Part shown: positions 59,289 through 64,000 of the stretch, in pieces | How the letters are laid out: each line of letters starts with the position of its first letter | Position numbering within the stretch: the first letter of the stretch is position 1 | Assembly: GCA_965200315.1 (NCBI GenBank) | Contig: OZ241362.1 | Coordinates: forward strand, 4,448,001 to 4,512,000 | Source: Candidatus Latescibacterota bacterium | GTDB taxonomy: Bacteria; Latescibacterota; UBA2968; UBA8231 | Direction of reading: 5' to 3' | Length of the DNA stretch: 64,000 nucleotides | The notes under the pieces: model-generated | The model's database searches: none | What the model was told of the DNA's origin: nothing | The model's input: only the letters and a program-made list of their open reading frames with translations | Position numbers and translations under genes: made by a program

Positions 59289-62267
59289 TCAGCGAATCAA
59301 CGCCAACTTAGCCGTTTGAACCGCAGCGCCAGCTTGCAGCACGGCCCAATAGACCCCAGAAGCCACCTCCACACCCGCCTCCGTGCGGCCATCCCAACGC
59401 ACCCGATGCACCCCCGCATCCACCCAGCCATCGGCCAACACGCGAACCTGCTGGCCCATCAAGTTATAGACGGCAAGCCGCACCGGACCAGCCTCGGCCA
59501 AGGCAAAGGGAATGGTCACTTCTGCGTTGAAGGGCGTGGGAAAGGGATTGCCTAGGCCATCCGGTAACTCGGACAGGAGCCGTGGCCCGGCCGCCAGCTT
59601 GGCATTAAAAGGCTTCCACAACTTCACGTCCTTCAACTGCCAGCGGACAAAAGAGGCCGCACGGTCTTGGTTGATGATATTGCGAAACTCGATGACGTTT
59701 TGACCGGAGTGCTGCTGGGCGGCGTAGAGGACGAGATGCCACGTCGTCCAATCCTCGCTGGCTGGCAGCGCGGCGTATGGCTGTTCGTTGAGCAAAGGGA
59801 CGACTTCGCCATCGCTTGTTTCCCTGATCGAATACAGCAGCACGACATTGTGGCCGCCTCCGTCGAAAACGAACTTGACGCTGCGTGGATGCTCGGTGAC
59901 CGCCGGCGGACTATAGCCAAAAATTCCAGTGCTCGGCAGCGGCTCTAGCCATTCGCTGCCAATCTCGACTGGTATAGACCCGGTGGCCCCATCGGCCGTA
60001 AAAATCTGCACCGCGCCGCTGCGAGCCTCCGGCGGAACTCGGACGACGATGATGCCACTAGACCAAACCGCATAATCGTCGGCCTCGGCTTGTACACTGG
60101 GATTAAACAACACGTACCCCGTGCCGCGCTCGGGGCCAAAGTTGCCGCCGATCAGCGTTAGGTTCTCGCCAGCCTGTACTTGCGGTGGCGAAAGTTGCGC
60201 CAGATACGGACTGGCGATTTCCAAGTGGACGGCATTGCTGGTGGCTTCAGCCGTCGTAACGGTTACGTTGCCCGAAGGCGCGTTGAGCGGTACGCGAAAT
60301 CGTATCGCCTTGTCCGACCAAGTCGCAAACGAAGACACCGCGACCGAATCAATCCACGCGGAACTGTTGGCCCGCGAGAGGCCGAAATTGTCTCCGTCAA
60401 TTTGGATGAGATCGTCGGTCTTGGCCCCCGCATCTGTGCGCGTGTGATTGGTAATCACCTCAATGTAAGGCGACGAGACGACCACCTGCGCGCTGTCGCG
60501 GCCGACGCCAGTTATCACCTGCACCTTGCCGGTGCGAGCACCGGTCGGTACGAGCACTTGGATTTGCGCGTCGCTCCAAGCGAGATAGGCGGAATCGCTC
60601 GGCTCCTTGTCCGCGAAAAAGACCACTTTGCTCGTCCCTCTATCTGCGCCGAAACCTTGGCCGACGATAGTAGCTGTTTGGCCGTATTGAATGCGACGCG
60701 GCGAGACATCCGCAATTTGCGGCACTGAGACTGACAGCACGAGCTTGCCGTATCCCGTGCTGTTGTCTTTGCCCGGGGGGCCCAAGTCAACAGCGGCCTC
60801 GACGAGCGCCTGCCACAGACCGTCGCGCGAGAGCGACGGGTTGGCCGATTTGAGCAGGGCGGCGGCACCAGCCACGTGGGGAGTTGCAGCCGAGGTTCCC
60901 CCAAACAACCTCCATGCACCGTAAGAAGCCGTTGTCACGCCCGAAGGCGCGACGAGGTCGGGCTTGATGCGGCCATCCGCGGTGGGGCCGCGCGAGCTGT
61001 AGCTTGCCACTGTTCCCAAGTCCCACTGGTCGCGGTGAATCGCCCCAACGCTCAGCGCACCACGCGCGTCCGATGGAATCCCCAAGCTGCTAGTCGGAAC
61101 CGGATATTCGATGTCGTGGTGCCAAGACCACACTCGCAGCTTCTTGGGCGCGGCCTCGCCGACGCGGACCACGGAAATGCCATAAGTGCCCGCTCGCCCG
61201 GCAAAGTATTCGATAAACTCCACTGGGGCGCCGTTCCCCTGCACATCCGTGCTTTTATCAACTTCTTTGATGTTGCCAAACGCGTCTTGATGGTAGAGAT
61301 ATAGATCGTAATCCTGAGTGGTGGTGGGCCAATCGTCCCAAGTTAGCGTCACCCTTATGGCGTCGCCGATTTTGGCGGCAAAATTCACCGCGTCGTCGCC
61401 AGCGGCAAAATTGTGCCGATTGTCGTCATCGCTATCATGCCAAAAACCCGCGTAGTGCTTTTGGGCGTAGTTGCCGGCGGCGTTGACCCAGAGAATGCCA
61501 TTGTCAGCCGCGTCATTTACAATGTCGCAGATGATCCCGCGCCCGTCCCCAAAGCCCTCGCCCACCCAAGTCGCCGAGTAGTTTACGATGGCCACTCCGT
61601 TTTGTATGCAGCGGTCTTTGGCATTCTCCATATCCACTATATCCGCAACCTTATACAGATAGAGTTCGGCTTCTGGGGCCACGTCGTGGATGATCTCGGC
61701 ACACGCCGTGCCGTGGGCGTCCGTACCAGCGTATATCCCCGTGCCCGTATAGTCGCGCTGCCACCAACCCACCGGCATGTCTTCGTTCAATTTGTCAGCC
61801 CCCTTAAATCCACCGTCGATAATCGCGACCTTGACCCCTTGGCCCTTCGCGCCAGCAGCGTGATTTTCAAGAGCGTGGATGAGCGCTAAGCCTTCGCTAA
61901 GGGTCTGTTGCGCGTGCGGACGGCGTGGCCTGCGGACAAAGGCCACGCTTGGCAACTCAGACACCGCTCGCAGCGCTGCGGCCGGGACCGACACGCGCAT
62001 CAGGCTCTTGGACTGGGCCAAAATTTCAACGCCAAGGGCGACTAACGTCGTAGTGTCAATGGTGGCCGCCACGCCCGCCGCGGGCACCAAAATGACGACC
62101 ACATCTGAGCTGTCTGCCTCAGGAGTTGTCTTGGCCGCTGAGGGTCTGGCTAGTTCCCACAGTGCGCTTTCTATATTGGGAGGGCCGACGGGTTTGACTG
62201 GCGCAACGTCGAGGTCTTGCCCCCACAGGGGCACCACAAAGAGAAAAAAAAGAAAGATATAGCGCAC
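59289..62267 (-). CDS. Secreted S8 (subtilisin-like) peptidase with IPT/TIG repeats and C-terminal FlgD-like Ig domain
   Basis: Signal peptide; triad IIDGG, HGTAC, GTSAATP; three I.G..FG repeats; P.PFN....I.F.L...VYN..GQ.V..WDG. Confidence 0.92.
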   Translation of the reverse strand: MRYIFLFFLFVVPLWGQDLDVAPVKPVGPPNIESALWELARPSAAKTTPEADSSDVVVILVPAAGVAATIDTTTLVALGVEILAQSKSLMRVSVPAAALRAVSELPSVAFVRRPRRPHAQQTLSEGLALIHALENHAAGAKGQGVKVAIIDGGFKGADKLNEDMPVGWWQRDYTGTGIYAGTDAHGTACAEIIHDVAPEAELYLYKVADIVDMENAKDRCIQNGVAIVNYSATWVGEGFGDGRGIICDIVNDAADNGILWVNAAGNYAQKHYAGFWHDSDDDNRHNFAAGDDAVNFAAKIGDAIRVTLTWDDWPTTTQDYDLYLYHQDAFGNIKEVDKSTDVQGNGAPVEFIEYFAGRAGTYGISVVRVGEAAPKKLRVWSWHHDIEYPVPTSSLGIPSDARGALSVGAIHRDQWDLGTVASYSSRGPTADGRIKPDLVAPSGVTTASYGAWRLFGGTSAATPHVAGAAALLKSANPSLSRDGLWQALVEAAVDLGPPGKDNSTGYGKLVLSVSVPQIADVSPRRIQYGQTATIVGQGFGADRGTSKVVFFADKEPSDSAYLAWSDAQIQVLVPTGARTGKVQVITGVGRDSAQVVVSSPYIEVITNHTRTDAGAKTDDLIQIDGDNFGLSRANSSAWIDSVAVSSFATWSDKAIRFRVPLNAPSGNVTVTTAEATSNAVHLEIASPYLAQLSPPQVQAGENLTLIGGNFGPERGTGYVLFNPSVQAEADDYAVWSSGIIVVRVPPEARSGAVQIFTADGATGSIPVEIGSEWLEPLPSTGIFGYSPPAVTEHPRSVKFVFDGGGHNVVLLYSIRETSDGEVVPLLNEQPYAALPASEDWTTWHLVLYAAQQHSGQNVIEFRNIINQDRAASFVRWQLKDVKLWKPFNAKLAAGPRLLSELPDGLGNPFPTPFNAEVTIPFALAEAGPVRLAVYNLMGQQVRVLADGWVDAGVHRVRWDGRTEAGVEVASGVYWAVLQAGAAVQTAKLALIR

Positions 62268-62272
62268 GGCGA

Positions 62273-63226
62273 TCAGGGCTGGCGAGCTTTGTACGACTCG
62301 TGTGTGCCCTGCATCCCCAGCGCTTGCGTCCGCTCCAACAGCGCGAGCCGCTCGTCGTCAGCCAAGGGCGCCAACTGCCGGGCAAGGTCCGCATTCTGCC
62401 GCAGCTTTTCCAGCGAATCCATCCCGGAACACACAGTAGCCACCGGCAGGCTCATGGCGTAGCGCAAGCACTCTGCCGCCGTCGCCACACCCGTTGCGAG
62501 GATCGCTTCGGGCGACCCTCCCAAGGTCTTCATGGCGATGACCCCGATATTTTTTTCCACTGCGAGCGGCAGCACCTGCTTGACAAAGCTGAGGTAGTGC
62601 GGGTCGAACACGTTGATCGGCATTTGCGTGGCATCCCAAGCAAAGCCGCGCTCGATCATCTCCAAGTGCAGGGAGGGCAAGGTATGGCCGGTAAAGCCAA
62701 TGTAGCGAATTTTGCCCTCCTCTTTGGCTTTGAGCGCGGCCTCTAGCAGGCCCTGTTCGTAGATCCGCTCTGGATCGTCGGGCTGTCTGATGCTGTGAAA
62801 CTGCCATAGATCGATCACGTCGGTTTGCAGTCGGCGCAAGCTCTCTTCGAGGTGGGCAATCGCCCGCTTAGGGTGGCGGCTCGCGTCCTTAGTCATTAGA
62901 AATACGCGGTCGCGATAACCGCCGCGCAGCGCCTTGCCCATGCGTATCTCGCTCGCACCATTGGAATAACCCCAAGCATTGTCGAAGAAATTAATCCCCT
63001 CGTCGATGGCCGCGTGCATCAAGGCGATGGCCGCCTTCTCCTCCATGTTGCCGTGATCGGCCAGATGCGCGCCGCCCAAGCCGAGCAGAGAAACGGATTC
63101 GCCGGTGCGGCCCAAAATTCGGTGGGGCATGTCGCGATGGTTCGGAGCGGCATTTATGGAAAGGCCGGCGGCGGCCGCGGTCGAGAGCTTGAGGAAAGTG
63201 CGGCGGGAATAAGGTCTATCGTTCAT
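62273..63226 (-). CDS. Aldo/keto reductase with Tat-like signal
   Basis: SRRTFLK, LGRTG..VS.LGLG, FFDNA..Y, SL.RLQTD.IDL.Q.H, G.IAMK. Confidence 0.92.
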   Translation of the reverse strand: MNDRPYSRRTFLKLSTAAAAGLSINAAPNHRDMPHRILGRTGESVSLLGLGGAHLADHGNMEEKAAIALMHAAIDEGINFFDNAWGYSNGASEIRMGKALRGGYRDRVFLMTKDASRHPKRAIAHLEESLRRLQTDVIDLWQFHSIRQPDDPERIYEQGLLEAALKAKEEGKIRYIGFTGHTLPSLHLEMIERGFAWDATQMPINVFDPHYLSFVKQVLPLAVEKNIGVIAMKTLGGSPEAILATGVATAAECLRYAMSLPVATVCSGMDSLEKLRQNADLARQLAPLADDERLALLERTQALGMQGTHESYKARQP

Positions 63227-63469
63227 TAAGCGTACCTATCCTTGCGAGGTTGCGACCTAGCTTTCTTGACACTGGCAACCGCCTTTTTAATTGTGGATAT
63301 CTTTATCTTTCCCTTTTTGGGTGCTTTCTGTACGACGCGCTTTGTCTTTGTCATTTTTTGTTTCCCTTAGTAAGCCCAATAGACAATTCCTCAATTTCGC
63401 TGGGATCGAGGGCGTCTCGCCCTCGAAAACTGCTGGTAATGCAGCAGTCAATTCGGCCAAAAACAGCCC

Positions 63470-64000
63470 CTAGCCCCCACGGACCATCCCCCCCAGTAGA
63501 TTATCTCCGGTAATCAACTGTAGCGCCGTTGCCAGCAACATCCCATACACGACCCTATTAAACCACACGTCGCTAAATCGCTGAAGCAAAAACACGCCCA
63601 ACCGCACCCCAGCGTACGCCAGCGGAGCCAACAGCAACGTCGTCTTAAAAATGTCGGCGTGAAAAAGACCCAAGCCCCAATAGGGCGGCAGTTTGAGCAA
63701 GTTGAGCATGGCAAAGAAGATGACCGTGGTGCCGACGAACACGTGGCGCGGTAGCTGCTGTGGCAGCAGGTAGATGACCACCGGCGGTGCCCCGGCGTGA
63801 GCAATTGTCGAGGTAAAACCCGAGGCTGCCCCCATCAGCACGCCGGTGAGCGGCCCCGGGCGCTGCTTGCGCACGGCCCCGACAATCGCCGCCCGCCCAA
63901 ACTGGAAAGCGACAAACAGCAAGGCCAAGCAGCCCAGGCCCACCTCTAGAACGCGCTCGTGTTGACTGAAGTACCTAAAAAAAAAGGCCCCTGCGCCGAT
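63470..64000 (-). CDS. TauE/SafE (sulfite exporter) family membrane protein, partial at the window edge
   Basis: G..SGFTS.IAHAG.PP...YL, FVGT...FF...N..K.PPY; frame open to 64000. Confidence 0.85.
   Translation of the reverse strand: MGAGAFFFRYFSQHERVLEVGLGCLALLFVAFQFGRAAIVGAVRKQRPGPLTGVLMGAASGFTSTIAHAGAPPVVIYLLPQQLPRHVFVGTTVIFFAMLNLLKLPPYWGLGLFHADIFKTTLLLAPLAYAGVRLGVFLLQRFSDVWFNRVVYGMLLATALQLITGDNLLGGMVRGG

Noticed and set aside
63250-63460. Promoter or small ORFs in the AT-rich gap
   Set aside because: The TTGACA at 63266 has poor spacing to a -10 box and faces no supported plus-strand gene; the ORFs lack motifs

Overview
GC-rich bacterial window. The FlgD-like Ig C-terminus, TAVExxxWGxxK sorting tail, Uma2, PhyH and FG-GAP/ASPIC-UnbV genes suggest an FCB-related lineage such as Latescibacterota or Poribacteria (inference). 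The first ~32 kb is accessory and catabolic, and is heavily eroded by in-frame stops, internal deletions, chimeric fragments, decayed defence genes and a duplicated REP-like cassette. An exopolysaccharide cluster follows (32.5-40.3 kb), then a long minus-strand trp-aro-argS-rimO run headed by a Trp attenuator (44-58.6 kb), an S8 protease and an aldo/keto reductase. The top finding is an FG-GAP/CRTAC1 gene continued in frame through a single TGA (4507-4509) into its ASPIC/UnbV domain, with a SECIS-like hairpin just downstream: a candidate selenoprotein. Other highlights are a membrane pentaheme cytochrome-TPR protein next to a second CRTAC1 lipoprotein, an intact but catalytically degenerate AroA homologue with an uncalled 46-aa membrane ORF, and a tyrA with no usable start codon behind chorismate mutase. 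All family calls are from motif recognition, not database searches.
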